Below, one piece after another: positions 11,573-23,278 of a stretch of 64,000 nt of DNA. Within the stretch, counting starts at the first letter, position 1. Each line of letters starts with the position of its first letter. The notes below the pieces were generated by a model. That model did no database searches. It was given only the letters and a program-made list of their open reading frames with translations, and was not told the DNA's origin. The stretch is taken from NCBI GenBank assembly GCA_051599415.1, contig AP039690.1, forward strand, positions 124,001 through 188,000, in the 5' to 3' direction. This DNA is from Savitreella phatthalungensis (lineage: Eukaryota). The position numbers and the translations under genes were made by a program.

Positions 11573-12545
11573 TCATGAGACAGAAGCTGCCTGGATGGCG
11601 TCTCGCCAAGCAAGCAAGAAGCCTGGTTCGATGATCCGGACGACACGCTCATGGTAGTTTATGGCGTTCGTCCTGTGGGAAGCTCGGATGATGACCACCA
11701 CCGGTAGAGTGGGATCGAGGAGCTTGAATGCATCAACGTCAAACGAGCAAAGCAGCTCCGTCTCGTGCTGAAGGTCGTTCTGCGATCCAAGCAAGAACAA
11801 ATCATCTGATCTGCCGTGACCGGTCGTAGCTTGACCCATGAGATAAGTCGTCCTCGATCGGGTGTAGCCCCTTTGCAACGTATGAGGGCGGGCAATTTCG
11901 GCCACGCCTGCCACTGGTGCCCCGCTAGCAGAGACTTGGGCTGGTTCCGTGCGTCTATGAGTGTTGGCGTCTGTTTGTGGAGTTGATGTTGCTCGAAACT
12001 GAATTTCGTCTTCGTAGGTCTTTATCGCTCTGGAGGACCACAGGTAGCTCAAGTCCATCAAGAACAGCCTCCAAAGGAACTTAAGACTCATGACATGACT
12101 GGGTTGTGGTTGCACGAACTGCACGTCTTGTCGGAACATCGTGTAGCCAGTTCGCAAGATCAATCGCGCGTCTCGCGGACGTTGTGGTAGCAAGACCAGA
12201 TCAAACACGTCGAGATGCTCTGCTCGATGGTTGTCGTAAGCCCGAGGACGAACGCCACGGACAAGCTTCAATTCCCTCATGAACAGCCAGAAACAAAGTT
12301 TAGGAGGCGCTGTGATAGACGCAAAGTACTTGCGCTTTCTGCCCAGCGAGCTGGAGCCAAACTGTGAGGTTATCACCCATTTTGGCACCCAGATGAGGCT
12401 ACCAATTGTGATCAGGACAATGGAGAGTAAGCCCAGGATCAGTAGGGCGATCGCCGTCAATCCAGCCCGCAGACGCATGCCTCTGGTCACGGACGATTGC
12501 TGCAGCTCTTGCTGTGAATTTTCAGAGCGTGCATCCTCCTGCTGC

Positions 12546-12577
<32 letters not shown>

Positions 12578-12709
12578 CTGTTCTTGCTGCGATTCGTTAG
12601 ATAGGGCATCCTCCTGCTGTTGCTGGAGTGGAGTAAGTGTATCTAAGTCTTGAGTCAGGACAGCACTCACTGATTCTTGGGGTGTTTGACGAACGGATGC
12701 GTCAGCCAT
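11573..12709 (-). CDS. hypothetical membrane protein with polyQ N-terminus
   Basis: Long ORF with probable ATG at 12709 (MADASVRQ). PolyQ tract, then one hydrophobic segment (AGLTAIALLILGLLSIVLITIGSLIW). Confidence 0.7.
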
Positions 12710-12773
12710 GATTGGGTTGCGCTTCCTCTTCGTCACGCTCTCGTGCTTTTGTTTCAACCAGAGCGCTTGCGCG

Positions 12774-12875
12774 TGAGTGTGAGTGTCAGTGTGAGTGTCA
12801 GTGTGAGTGTGAGTGTGAGTGTCAGTGTGAATGTGAGTGTCAGTGTGAGTGTGAGTGTCAGTGTGAGTGTCAGTG
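12774..12875. repeat. hexanucleotide (GTGAGT/GTCAGT)n tandem repeat
   Basis: About 17 imperfect 6-bp units; explains the TH/ECQC/SV pseudo-ORFs. Confidence 0.95.
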
Positions 12876-13668
12876 CGGCAGTGTCGTAAGAGCACAGGTC
12901 CAAATGCGAGTATTGTGGGCATGCGTGTGACCTAGGAAAGCGTGAAGTGTGCGTACACACGAGAGAGGCGTTCGAGGATCTGCAAAGGGACAAATCCATC
13001 GGAAAGCTATGATTGGACAGAGAGCAATCTATTTTCTGGCTTAGACGTTCAAACGCGACACGTGCTATCACTCAACAATAGATACACCCGCTCATGTGTA
13101 CACGCAAAGCAATACTATGCATATCTACTAGCTATGATATCATAGTAGCAGACCGACAGATGGATTCATTTGCAAATCCAGTGCCTCACTCGCTCACCCT
13201 CTCATGCGCTCGCTCACTCGGTTGATCCGTCACCAACCTGTTCTCAAACTTCATCACAGACGGAGTGACTCGTCAGGTCGAGCTATACATCTGTGCTGCA
13301 TCCCATCGAAGCTCGCTCCTATAACGCACATGTCTACAGCTACATACGTGTGCGATACCCGCGGACAGTGAGTCACGGAACCAAGTCCTGTAGGCTGCTA
13401 TACAAATCGACAGAGTCAATTTCCTGCATACTCATACTGCAGTTTGCAATGACCCCCGAATGCACCACTCACGATTACTTTTAGTGTAGCCTGGATCTAA
13501 CAGAGCACGGCTAGCTGAACGTCGTCATCACTAGTCTGGGGAATCACCCAGTTGCACTCTTCTCAAGAGTAGGACTTGCTACCGACTTCAGAAGTCAGAC
13601 TTGCTACCACAGCGCGCAAGACACCGCAGTTGCCCTGTTCTATCTACACACTCGCGCTTGACGTTGCC

Positions 13669-14817
13669 ATGGGACGACTGATTGTTCAGCACTGCGACGG
13701 AGACCGCGTCGAACTGAGCACGGCGTCGACGGCGCCCAGTCCAACTCACAATCTAGGCTGTCATTTCTCTGTGAGCGCTCGACTGGGACCGCTATTGGCG
13801 CAACTTGACGTCGACCTCTGCGAGCTCAGCGTTAGCTTGAACGAGCTTGTACCAGGTGATGCCTATCGTCACGGACAGATTCTTGCGGTCGGAAACCCGG
13901 CCATAGGCCCATCGCTACCGGCACTGCACTTCAATCTGAACACGCTTCCATACCATCACCCGAGGAGTGCTGCGAGTCATTACCATGGATCACAAAGACA
14001 GAAGCAATTCAGATTTAGTGAGCCGAATGCCGAAGCCTCTCAAGAGGCTTTTGTCAAGACGAGAACATTCTGTCTACTCCAAGAGCATGGACGTCGACTC
14101 TCGGCGATTCTTTCGATCGATGGGCTATGCCTCCGGAGCGAGCCCATCAAGGGCGACACGGATATCAAATCCGGAGTTGGCTTTCCTGATCAAATATTTG
14201 AGCCGTTTGATGCCGACGAACGGACAACCCCGTGGCTTCAGCAACACATCGGGGTCGGTTTGACTGATTCAGCGCTTGCTCAGCCCTTCATCTGCGTACG
14301 CGTCAGCACGTCGACCAACCAGAAGCTCGATAAGCACATTTGTCTGGAGACCAAGAGACTCGTCCGAGGGCTTCAATCTCAAAGTAGCATTTTCCGATCC
14401 AGGTCACACTTTGAAGAGTTTGCGGCATATTGGGGCGCCGACCAGGTCTCGGTCGTCCAGGACCAAGAAAAGTTTTGGTTCCTTGCATGGCGATCAGTAT
14501 CCAGACAGGATCCGCCGTCGTATGATGAGGCTACTGGCGGACTCGATGGCTCCGAGCTGGCGAATTCTTCGAACTACATGTTGCGCAGCTTGGAAAAGCT
14601 CAAGTCCAACCCCGATTTCAATGAAAACAGTTTTGTGCGCAGTTCTCTTCAGTATGAGCCCTACAATGACGAACTGGACGTTTGGCTGCATGAACACCCT
14701 TTCGAGTTGGAACACAGAACATTGTTCGAGATGCCTCTTACAATAGTCAGCCCAAAACAACTGAGAGAACTGTATGGCGCACGACCGTCCAAACCGTGCA
14801 AGACAAAACATCAGTGA
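13669..14817 (+). CDS. hypothetical protein (~382 aa) with a PPxY motif
   Basis: Long intronless ORF, first ATG at 13669, contains DPPSYDEA. No confident family. Confidence 0.65.
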   Translation: MGRLIVQHCDGDRVELSTASTAPSPTHNLGCHFSVSARLGPLLAQLDVDLCELSVSLNELVPGDAYRHGQILAVGNPAIGPSLPALHFNLNTLPYHHPRSAASHYHGSQRQKQFRFSEPNAEASQEAFVKTRTFCLLQEHGRRLSAILSIDGLCLRSEPIKGDTDIKSGVGFPDQIFEPFDADERTTPWLQQHIGVGLTDSALAQPFICVRVSTSTNQKLDKHICLETKRLVRGLQSQSSIFRSRSHFEEFAAYWGADQVSVVQDQEKFWFLAWRSVSRQDPPSYDEATGGLDGSELANSSNYMLRSLEKLKSNPDFNENSFVRSSLQYEPYNDELDVWLHEHPFELEHRTLFEMPLTIVSPKQLRELYGARPSKPCKTKHQ

Positions 14818-17434
14818 TTGAGGCTCTGCTCAATCTTAATTCTGACTCGATTCCGACCCGAACGAATCGACGCTATACCGCAAAGGCGACATCATCTACC
14901 TCTCGGCCCATATTTGCGCTTTCAACGAGCTCGGCAGCGGGCCATCAGTCACATGAGTATTTTGAATTTTATCTATCGAATTACATTGTCTCCTCGTGAT
15001 TGAGACTAACAGCGATTGTGTCCTCTGAGCCTTCGTATCAAGTCTGCAGACATGAGAGCTTGGTCGTGTCCATTCACAAGCGTGTCTATACTACTCTCTG
15101 ACCCTGACCGGTAACTAGCGGATCTTCAGTCCGACTTGCTATTGGCGCGAGTGTGCATCCCATCGTCGAAGAGCAGAATGAAATGCTCTGCATCCTTTCA
15201 ACCGTGAAAGACCAGATGCACTACATACTGCAGGTCAACAAGGCCTAGATAAAATTTTAACCACGTTGAGGTCTAAACTCTGGATTTAATCCACGGATTC
15301 GCCAAATTAGGAAACTCGCTAGAATCTTCACAAAATTGAATTTAAATTTAATGTTCATTTAGTGGTGGCTATATATTGCTGGTTGAACAGCTCGCAGATC
15401 ATAGGCGTAACCCCACAGTCGTGCATTGCAGCATTAATTGCATGGGCTGTACGCCTGCGCCTGGCTTCACTGTTTCTATACATATGGCAGGAAGAGTCCA
15501 GGGGGCACACGGACGGTTCATTCACAACGGCTTGGCTGATAGTCGCCACGTCCTTTGTTTATCCATGGCTCAATGTCGTGTGCCCGCTCTCTCGCACACA
15601 CACATATCTCCACCTTGCAAGCGGTGCAGACGGTCGCAGCTAAACCACGCCAACAGCAAATCGCAGCGCTGAACATTCATCGCTGTAAGACCCGACGCAT
15701 GCATTCGTACACGTGATTGCCAAGCACGTCGCTCCGCAAGCTTGATTCACGTGCTGGGAAAGACAGCGCTCTTCATTACATGGCCCACCAGACGTCACGA
15801 TGCACCAGGCGACCATCATCCGTGACCACCAGTGGAGATCACACCGTACTGTCATCGCAGTTCTGCGTTCGAGTCGGGGTTTGGACTTAATGGTGGTTGA
15901 GCAGACCACTTCGAAGACGCCGCGGTGAAATGAACGATCACGCGTGAGCTACTCGTATCCTACCCAAGTCTAGCTTGTACAAGGACAGACAGAGACGACT
16001 GGGCGAGCACATCGATAGCTCTGCTTTCTACACCCCATTCGACTTGTCGGTCGTCATCGACCTCAAGTCTACAGATGCAGCTATTCCGAGAAGCTCCTGA
16101 TTTGCTTACTCGTCACACTGCACTTCTTGTCGGGTGCACCACATACCTTGATCAAGCTCGGGCGGACACGCAAGTTGGAGCTTCATGAGCTTCCAAGATC
16201 CCATCACTGCACTATGATGTGTCTCCTCAGCGGCAAACAACGTAACCCTGATGCTCAGTTTCACCCGGCCCAGGCCTGGTAGCACACTAGTGCGCAGTCA
16301 AGAGTCGCATCGAATTCCTCGACCCGATGCAGTGTGCGGGTCCTCAAACTCATGTCTCAGCGCCCACAAAACGTGGGCGGCCGGTCAAATTGGCACTGTG
16401 GATGAGCTGGGACGGACACAACGTCAGCTATTTGATCACGCTGGTTAACAACATCGCTTTCTCCCCACTCCGCCACAGGAAGGCTTGAAGCCTCCGACAC
16501 CCTGCTTGCAGTGCATCATTTATCGTCTTGTACGCCGCGGCGATAACCGTACGTGCGGCAGATGCAGTCGATGAACATGCATCAAATCGTCGACGCATCC
16601 TCAACGCTCTGAGATTGAAATTGCGGTGCGAAGATGGAAACGGCTGAAAACACATTTGTCATGCCTTGACTGTGTGGTCGGATTGAACATTGACCATTTT
16701 CTAGCTCAGGCAAGATGCCAGATCTCCACCTTATTCGAGCCGGGAGCCTGCCCTCTATTCACATGCTCAATCACGCTATCACGTATCGCACGCATTCACG
16801 CATATACGCAAGCGAGCACAGTGGTACATGCAAGTGCGAACGGGTTTGGATGATTGAAGGAGTCTCAATCGATGCTCCAGCAGCATCTTGCGCAATAAAG
16901 CATGAGTTGGAGCTTTTTAGTGTGCCCGTCCGACGTCGTGCTCGAGGAGCTCTGAATTGGGATCAAAATATCCACAATATTTGCACCGTTTCTTACTGCA
17001 ACGATCGTAGGTCGATGCTTGCCACCATCCACCCAAGAGCTCAAGTCGATAACCCATAGAATCGAGCTCTTGGCACAGGACTGGATCCTGCATACATGGC
17101 TTCCAACACGCCACGCATATCGCTTTTCGTTTGTTGCGCTGAGTGACGAGTACGCGAATGATCATTGTATTCGTAACGCGTGTACCTGATCCTCGTCCAC
17201 TCGACCCTCTCGTGTGTGTGCAAGGGCGTAGATGAGCGTAATTCGGTCATCGTGACTTTGAGGTGCTGACTCGTAGACGAGACGAGTTTGGCAAGGTTGA
17301 ATCAGTTGTCTGTTCTAATTGTACTCGTCTGAGTGATGCTCCAGACTGACTTGATGACTCGACGCTGTACTCAATCGGGATTTGTTCCTTAGGAGATACG
17401 TGAATTCATTAAAAAGTTCGTGAGGCGTGTAGAT

Positions 17435-19435
17435 CTACTTGGCTGACGGTGTATTAGGTGTTGATGCGGTGGATACTCGCTGCTGGTGCTGTCGATGGTC
17501 GCGACGCCTCCTGAAAGCTGTGAGATGCCAACCTCGTGAAGCCTGGTCTGGGTCGGCTTCCGCTTCGGCGTCGGATCTGCGCGATGGGGTAGGGAGATCA
17601 CGCAGGTCGATATCGTCGTCGACAGACGGGCGAGGTAGACCGCTCTGCTTGTCGTGCTCTCGGGCCGTGTCGGCCGCCGGCGGAGTCTTGTCAGGTGGAG
17701 ACGCTTCCATCGGTGGTGTCAGAGCGTTCACTGACACCACACGCAAAGGCGTCGTCATCTGGGGCAGATTGTGCGTAGAGGACGGCCCGTTAGTCGCTCG
17801 CTCGGCTGGGCGAGCGACGTTGGAGCTCGTAAACAGTGGCGTGAAGGTCGTTGTGGCAGGCTCGCTTGCCGATCTCGCCAGTGGCTGTCTTGACGTTCTG
17901 ATCGTCGCTTGAACGATGCTGGAGGTTTTGATCGGCACAGGGATGTCCGTGGGTGGACCGCTCGTGGAGACCTCGGCTGGCCGCAGCGGTGGAATATTCT
18001 CATCAGCCGCGCGGACACGCTTGTCTCGACGAGGCTCATACCTCATTCCGGAGGCTGCGTGCACAATACTTTCGTCGTCAGAGATGTCTTGCCGAAGTAC
18101 TTTGGCCTGAGCTTGGACGAGACGTTGGCGTGTGAGTGTTTGACAGACATCGATGCTGTCTGTCGGGAAGACGAGCTCGAGGAAGAGGAGTATGAGGAAA
18201 TCGAGGGCGACGAGGAAGCAGAACAGCTTGCCTGCGAGTCTACCACACCCGTAATACTTCTTCAGACGGTCGACGAGGGGTAATGGTGCACAGTGATGGG
18301 AAACAATATGGTTGTAGACGCGCTCTGTGCGTTCGGCGATATTGGTCCAGGAGTACATGCGACATACCTGGGCATGAAACTTGTCGCCGCCCGTGATACG
18401 ACCTGCCTTCATGTCGATGATGGCACGAGAGGTCTGTCTGACGAGATCGTCCACTTCCGGTCGAGCGAATGAGGTCATGTTGGAGGGCAACACTTCCGGG
18501 ACTCCGCCAACGCGTGTGCATACCACATACAGGCCGCACGACGCAGCTTCGACAATGACCGTGCCGAAGGCCTCCGTGAGCGAAGGATGAAGATAGATAT
18601 GTCCGCGGACCATGACGTCGCGCACCTGCTCGTGACGGACTGTACCCAACATCTCGACGCGATCCTGTAGCATGCACTTCTCCCGCATCTGGATGAGGTC
18701 GATCATCTTTGGACCGTCACCGGCGACGATGAAGCGGACGTTCGGGTGAAGCTCGCAGATGCGTGGTATCAATGCTACCAGGAGATCTGCGCCTTTGTTG
18801 TAGAATAGCCTGCAAATGACGACGACCACAATCTCGTCCAGTGGCGGCTTTTGCGCAGGCGGAGAGAAATCCTCAGCGACGACTGCATTGGGAATGACGG
18901 ACACCATCTGCGGGTCGAGTGCTGCACGAAGGACAGTGTTCTCCTTGCAAGTATGGGAGACGCAGATGACGTGGTCGATATCTGAGAGTGTGAATTTGAG
19001 CAGCTTGTTGGTGAGAATACTGCCTGGGTCAGCGAAGCCAAAAAGGGAGTGGTCTGTGAAGCAGGTCCGTAATCCCATCGTTCTTGCATGCAGGATGGCT
19101 TCGTGGCAGAGAGACGATAGAGAAGCGTGGCCATGGACGACCTCGATCCGCTCGCGTAGCATGATGTTGCGGAAGACTGGGAAAAATGAGAAGACCGATG
19201 GAAATGTAGCCTCTCTGTAGATGACGGCAAAGGGAACGTAGTAGACTTTGAGGCCGTTTGTCAGGTATCTTACACCTGAACGATCACCGTAAGCATGTGT
19301 GATGATGATGACCTTGTGGCCGCGGTCGATCAGACGCTGAGACAGCTGGTAGATATGTGACTCGATGCCTCCAGGCTGTGGATAGAAGAAGTCCGAGACC
19401 ATGGCAACGGCCAGTTTACGCCTGGGCTGCCCCAT
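17435..19435 (-). CDS. GPI3: GPI-GlcNAc transferase catalytic subunit (PIG-A/Gpi3/Spt14) with long C-terminal extension
   Basis: MVSDFFYPQPGGIESH, TDHSLFGF, ICVSHTCKEN, SLTEAFG..EAASCG, C-terminal TM helix. The frame stays open for ~200 extra aa. Confidence 0.96.
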   Translation of the reverse strand: MGQPRRKLAVAMVSDFFYPQPGGIESHIYQLSQRLIDRGHKVIIITHAYGDRSGVRYLTNGLKVYYVPFAVIYREATFPSVFSFFPVFRNIMLRERIEVVHGHASLSSLCHEAILHARTMGLRTCFTDHSLFGFADPGSILTNKLLKFTLSDIDHVICVSHTCKENTVLRAALDPQMVSVIPNAVVAEDFSPPAQKPPLDEIVVVVICRLFYNKGADLLVALIPRICELHPNVRFIVAGDGPKMIDLIQMREKCMLQDRVEMLGTVRHEQVRDVMVRGHIYLHPSLTEAFGTVIVEAASCGLYVVCTRVGGVPEVLPSNMTSFARPEVDDLVRQTSRAIIDMKAGRITGGDKFHAQVCRMYSWTNIAERTERVYNHIVSHHCAPLPLVDRLKKYYGCGRLAGKLFCFLVALDFLILLFLELVFPTDSIDVCQTLTRQRLVQAQAKVLRQDISDDESIVHAASGMRYEPRRDKRVRAADENIPPLRPAEVSTSGPPTDIPVPIKTSSIVQATIRTSRQPLARSASEPATTTFTPLFTSSNVARPAERATNGPSSTHNLPQMTTPLRVVSVNALTPPMEASPPDKTPPAADTAREHDKQSGLPRPSVDDDIDLRDLPTPSRRSDAEAEADPDQASRGWHLTAFRRRRDHRQHQQRVSTASTPNTPSAK

Positions 19436-20603
19436 AATGGGCTCTGTGAATACGAAACTACCGCTGACAGAGTCTGCTACTTGCTGCCCATGACTGTGGG
19501 TGTATGCGCGTCATCAGCTGGATGTCTGAGCAGATCAAGGTGGAGAAATGGGCAGTGGAAGGGGCATAGGATGAGGTTGGCAGGTGTATAAGACATTCCT
19601 TGAGGTCTTGTGTAGGTGTTTGTTATCTGTCACGTGCTTTTTCGATCACTAAAGTTTGATCGGCGCCACTTTTTGATTTCCCATGAGTTTGTGGCTGAGG
19701 TCCGATTCGAGTCCCCCAGTGGCACAATTTATGTCAGGGCGGTTGTTACTCTGTGACATCAGGTTTGTTTACCGGTTAGTGATCACGTGTTTTGTCGTTG
19801 GAATGTATCAGATCTGAAACTCGTTTCACATTTTGGGTTTGATCAGATACGACCTGTCAAAAGTTCAATCTAAGTGGAGTGGAATTGATTATGGGAGCAA
19901 CAACAAATAACAACCAAAGTTATGGCAACTGTTGACCTTCTGCACATAGAACTCGCTTACTTCATTTCATCCAATCTAGTATCGGAGCTACAACACATAT
20001 GTGTTTTATAATGATCTTACAGTACACCGGTATAGTAACTATTAATCTGTCAGCCTCATCAGGACTATCGTCAACTAAATACAATCTAACGATAGACCTT
20101 GAAATCACTACCAAGTGGTCTTCAGAATTAATTAATTGAATGAACGAATTGACATTCTCCTCATTCGTACGTACCAAGGATACAAAAATACATCACCATC
20201 AACAGCCTGCCTAAAGCGCAACATAGAACAACATCGTACTCTATCGTACATTCCTATACGCTACATTACAGTAAAGCACAGTACAGTACAAGTCATGAGC
20301 AGTGGACTCATTTCCTAGACATATACGCAATCTGAAAGGCTGGAATACATTACAGATTTCACTCGTTCGGCCGCGGATCTAGTACAAGTCCTTGCGCACG
20401 CACGCAAGCCCGCACGAGCGACCCACGTACGGGCGCAGCCGATCTCTAGTCAAGGAGCTCAGACACCTCCGGTAATTCCAGCTGTATAGAAAGGGAACGG
20501 TTCTGACGGAAGTTCTCATCACATCTAGACCGAGCGACAAGCGACAACTTCGAGATCCCATTCTCCGGCGCTTAGCAACGGCTTCCTCCATCATGTTCAT
20601 GCT

Positions 20604-22754
20604 ATGACAGACAAAGTATTGTATTCAAAACCTCTGAGAGAGGCCATCTCAGGGTCCGGGGAAACCCCAGAATCCTCAGATGAGCCTGGGTCTAACACTG
20701 AGCCGCACTCTGGACCCTCCGCACACCAACCGCCACCTCGGACAACATACCGCAAGCTGCGGATTCTCAGTAAAGCGGACTCCGTCTCTACCCGCTTTCA
20801 CGCACTCTTCGCGACCGCACTCTCCACACGGCTCACTCCAAGAGAATCAGCCCAATTCCTAGACCAGTTCAGATACATCATCTGCACCTCGTCACTCCTC
20901 GGCGACAAGATCGCACCACCGACGGAACGGCGATCGGCCGCCCGCGCAGCGCGACAGAGACCATGGCAGACAGAAGACCAGGCAGGTTGGGATAAGCGGA
21001 GGATAGCAAAACACTGGATGGGTTCAGGTGGATGCGTCGTCCTTGCAAGCTTACTGCTAACTTGGGCAATTCAGACGCCGCCCAAGAGTGGCGGTCTACC
21101 AAAGGGCAAAGCTCGTCAGTCAGCTGCACTCGTCGTTGGTCTTGTCCTCACACTCTTCCTGTACGCACAGACTCGCAAAGCACAATCCCGGCTGAACCAC
21201 GAAGGGTGTGTACGGGCAGTGACAGCTTTGGTGGAAAGCTGTCATCTCTTCGACATGCAGGCGTGTCGCATCATCCAGCTCGTTCAGGAAGTCGAGCTAC
21301 TCGCGCGAGGATATCAACTTGCAGGACAAGATACTCCACGCCATCTCCACCCACCCATCTCTCGGCTCGAAAAATATGGCCAGCAGCGGCGGTGTGAGAC
21401 CTTACGCCGAGCAGCAGCTGCAGCACTGAATCTGATTCACGCAGCCACCGATCGGACGCTGTCAGCACTCATGGAGCATTCCGACACGCACGACTTCTAC
21501 AAGCTCGCAGACGTGTACAACGTCGTGCTAGGCGGAGACGATGCTGTGGACGACATGGAGGACGAAGAGTCCATTGCCGGGCTGCGATCGCTCCTCAATC
21601 GCCTGCATGCACGTCGGCGATCCCTGTTCTGCGCGCTGCTCGCGATCCAAGCACCTGCACGTTGGGGTCAAGTTGGCGAGAAGCTGAGCACTCTCAACGA
21701 CCTGTTTGGAAGTGTTGCACGCTCTCTTGCCGACACACTCGAGCAAGATTCCAAGCCACTGGACCTCAACCAGCTCGTCACCCACAACGATGATCCTGCA
21801 CCGGCAAAATCCCTCCAGTCTGTGAACCAGCTCGGCCTGGCACTGCGGCGTGCACAAGCGCGGATGTACCTATTGCGGGATGCCGAGGCCACAGATGAGC
21901 TGCTGACTCGGTACGATGCGCTTGGGAAAGACCTCGAGTTGCTGGTGAGCGAATGGCGGGATGGCCGATCATTCCTAACGCGAGACCAAGGTACTGCGCC
22001 GGGTGTCGATGAGGCTCAGGACACGCCAGACGACGTCCTCGAACAGGTCGATACGGCCAGCGTCAGAATGCGGCCTGACTCGCTCGGATTCTGGGGACCT
22101 CGGATGTCTGTTCACTTAGACGACACGCAAGTCCGCGGCCTCGGTCTCGCACCTGGTCACATGCAAGAACATCAGCCGGTCATCTACGAGGCGGATGCGA
22201 CGCCGCGCGCAGCTGGAAGCACAAACACCCTCACTCGCGCAGACCGGCTTGCAGCGATGCGGAAAGAGCGTGACGCCAAGCAAGCGCGGACCGCACAGCG
22301 CCGACTTGAACAGCAGACTCGGGAGAACGTGGTCTCGGAGCTCAAAGACGTGCTTGGCTCGCGCGCTGCATCAGCCTCCGCAGCCGCATCTATGCACCAC
22401 AACACTGCCTTCACATCACGCCGACCGATGGGATTGCGACTGAGCGTTCACGCAGCCCCTCGCTCATCTTCCGCAGCACCTGCAACTCTTCGATCGCTGA
22501 ACGCATCAATTCCAGAAATTCCGAGACCGTCTGACCTCACACCGCACACTCCATCCACCATCCGCCGGCCCCCTTCATCTTCCGATGCGCCATCGACCGC
22601 AACCGCAACCGCCCGCCAGATGGCTTTACTCATGCGAGCCCACTCGTCCAACCCTGCGATCATGTCACCACCCCTTGACAATGGCGATCGGAAGGCTTCG
22701 ACGCGTAGTGACTCTACATGGGATTCCGCCTTTGGCGGGTCTCTCGCCTCTTAA
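20604..22754 (+). CDS. vezatin-domain (myosin-binding) protein, VezA-like
   Basis: FLDQFRYIICTSSLL, two hydrophobic segments, LVQEVELLARGY and PPISRLE..RRC..LR, typical of fungal vezatins. Confidence 0.85.
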   Translation: MTDKVLYSKPLREAISGSGETPESSDEPGSNTEPHSGPSAHQPPPRTTYRKLRILSKADSVSTRFHALFATALSTRLTPRESAQFLDQFRYIICTSSLLGDKIAPPTERRSAARAARQRPWQTEDQAGWDKRRIAKHWMGSGGCVVLASLLLTWAIQTPPKSGGLPKGKARQSAALVVGLVLTLFLYAQTRKAQSRLNHEGCVRAVTALVESCHLFDMQACRIIQLVQEVELLARGYQLAGQDTPRHLHPPISRLEKYGQQRRCETLRRAAAAALNLIHAATDRTLSALMEHSDTHDFYKLADVYNVVLGGDDAVDDMEDEESIAGLRSLLNRLHARRRSLFCALLAIQAPARWGQVGEKLSTLNDLFGSVARSLADTLEQDSKPLDLNQLVTHNDDPAPAKSLQSVNQLGLALRRAQARMYLLRDAEATDELLTRYDALGKDLELLVSEWRDGRSFLTRDQGTAPGVDEAQDTPDDVLEQVDTASVRMRPDSLGFWGPRMSVHLDDTQVRGLGLAPGHMQEHQPVIYEADATPRAAGSTNTLTRADRLAAMRKERDAKQARTAQRRLEQQTRENVVSELKDVLGSRAASASAAASMHHNTAFTSRRPMGLRLSVHAAPRSSSAAPATLRSLNASIPEIPRPSDLTPHTPSTIRRPPSSSDAPSTATATARQMALLMRAHSSNPAIMSPPLDNGDRKASTRSDSTWDSAFGGSLAS

Positions 22755-22822
22755 ATTTTTTATATCTTCTCTGTACTGTACAAAAACCACCTCGATCCCC
22801 TAATTAATCTAATTCTCCAAAC

Positions 22823-23227
22823 ATGTCGCACCAAGAACAAGTCGACCCAATCCACGGACCTAACCTCGCCATCAACGATGCCGCCTTGGCCAAAGTCAGA
22901 AACCTGACATCGCCAATCGCCGGCGTGTGCGCTGGCGTGATTGGGATGACTGGTGTTTCTGGGTTTGTGATGTACTTGGTCTGGTGTGTGAGCGTGAGTG
23001 TTGGGTTCTGGGTGCTGGTGGTGGGTCGGGGTGACGGTGGAGGGGGTCAAGGTGATAGGATCGCCCAGGCGCTAGGGAAAGGGAGAGGGGGAGAGGGACT
23101 GGGTGCAGAGAGGTATTTCAAGGGAGGTGTAGGCGGGATGGCGATCGAGGCAGTGACGAATGGTAGTATTACGGGGTATCTGCTTACCTGGACGCTCTTC
23201 TACGGCCTCGTACACGTGTACAACTAA
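22823..23227 (+). CDS. EMC6: ER membrane protein complex subunit 6
   Basis: NLAIN..VRNLTS..AGV.AG..G.TG..GF..Y, RYF, GYLLTWTLFYGLVHVY. Confidence 0.9.
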   Translation: MSHQEQVDPIHGPNLAINDAALAKVRNLTSPIAGVCAGVIGMTGVSGFVMYLVWCVSVSVGFWVLVVGRGDGGGGQGDRIAQALGKGRGGEGLGAERYFKGGVGGMAIEAVTNGSITGYLLTWTLFYGLVHVYN

Positions 23228-23278
23228 AGAGGAGAGAGAGATTTGACAATTGGATTTTTATGATTCAGGAGCGGAGGT

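Noticed and set aside
12677..13071. ECQC/SVSV/TLTL repeat ORFs (metallothionein-like look)
   Set aside because: They are translations of the hexanucleotide microsatellite.
19690..19730. B-box/tRNA-like GATTCGAGTCC (similar at ~43410)
   Set aside because: No cloverleaf or A box.
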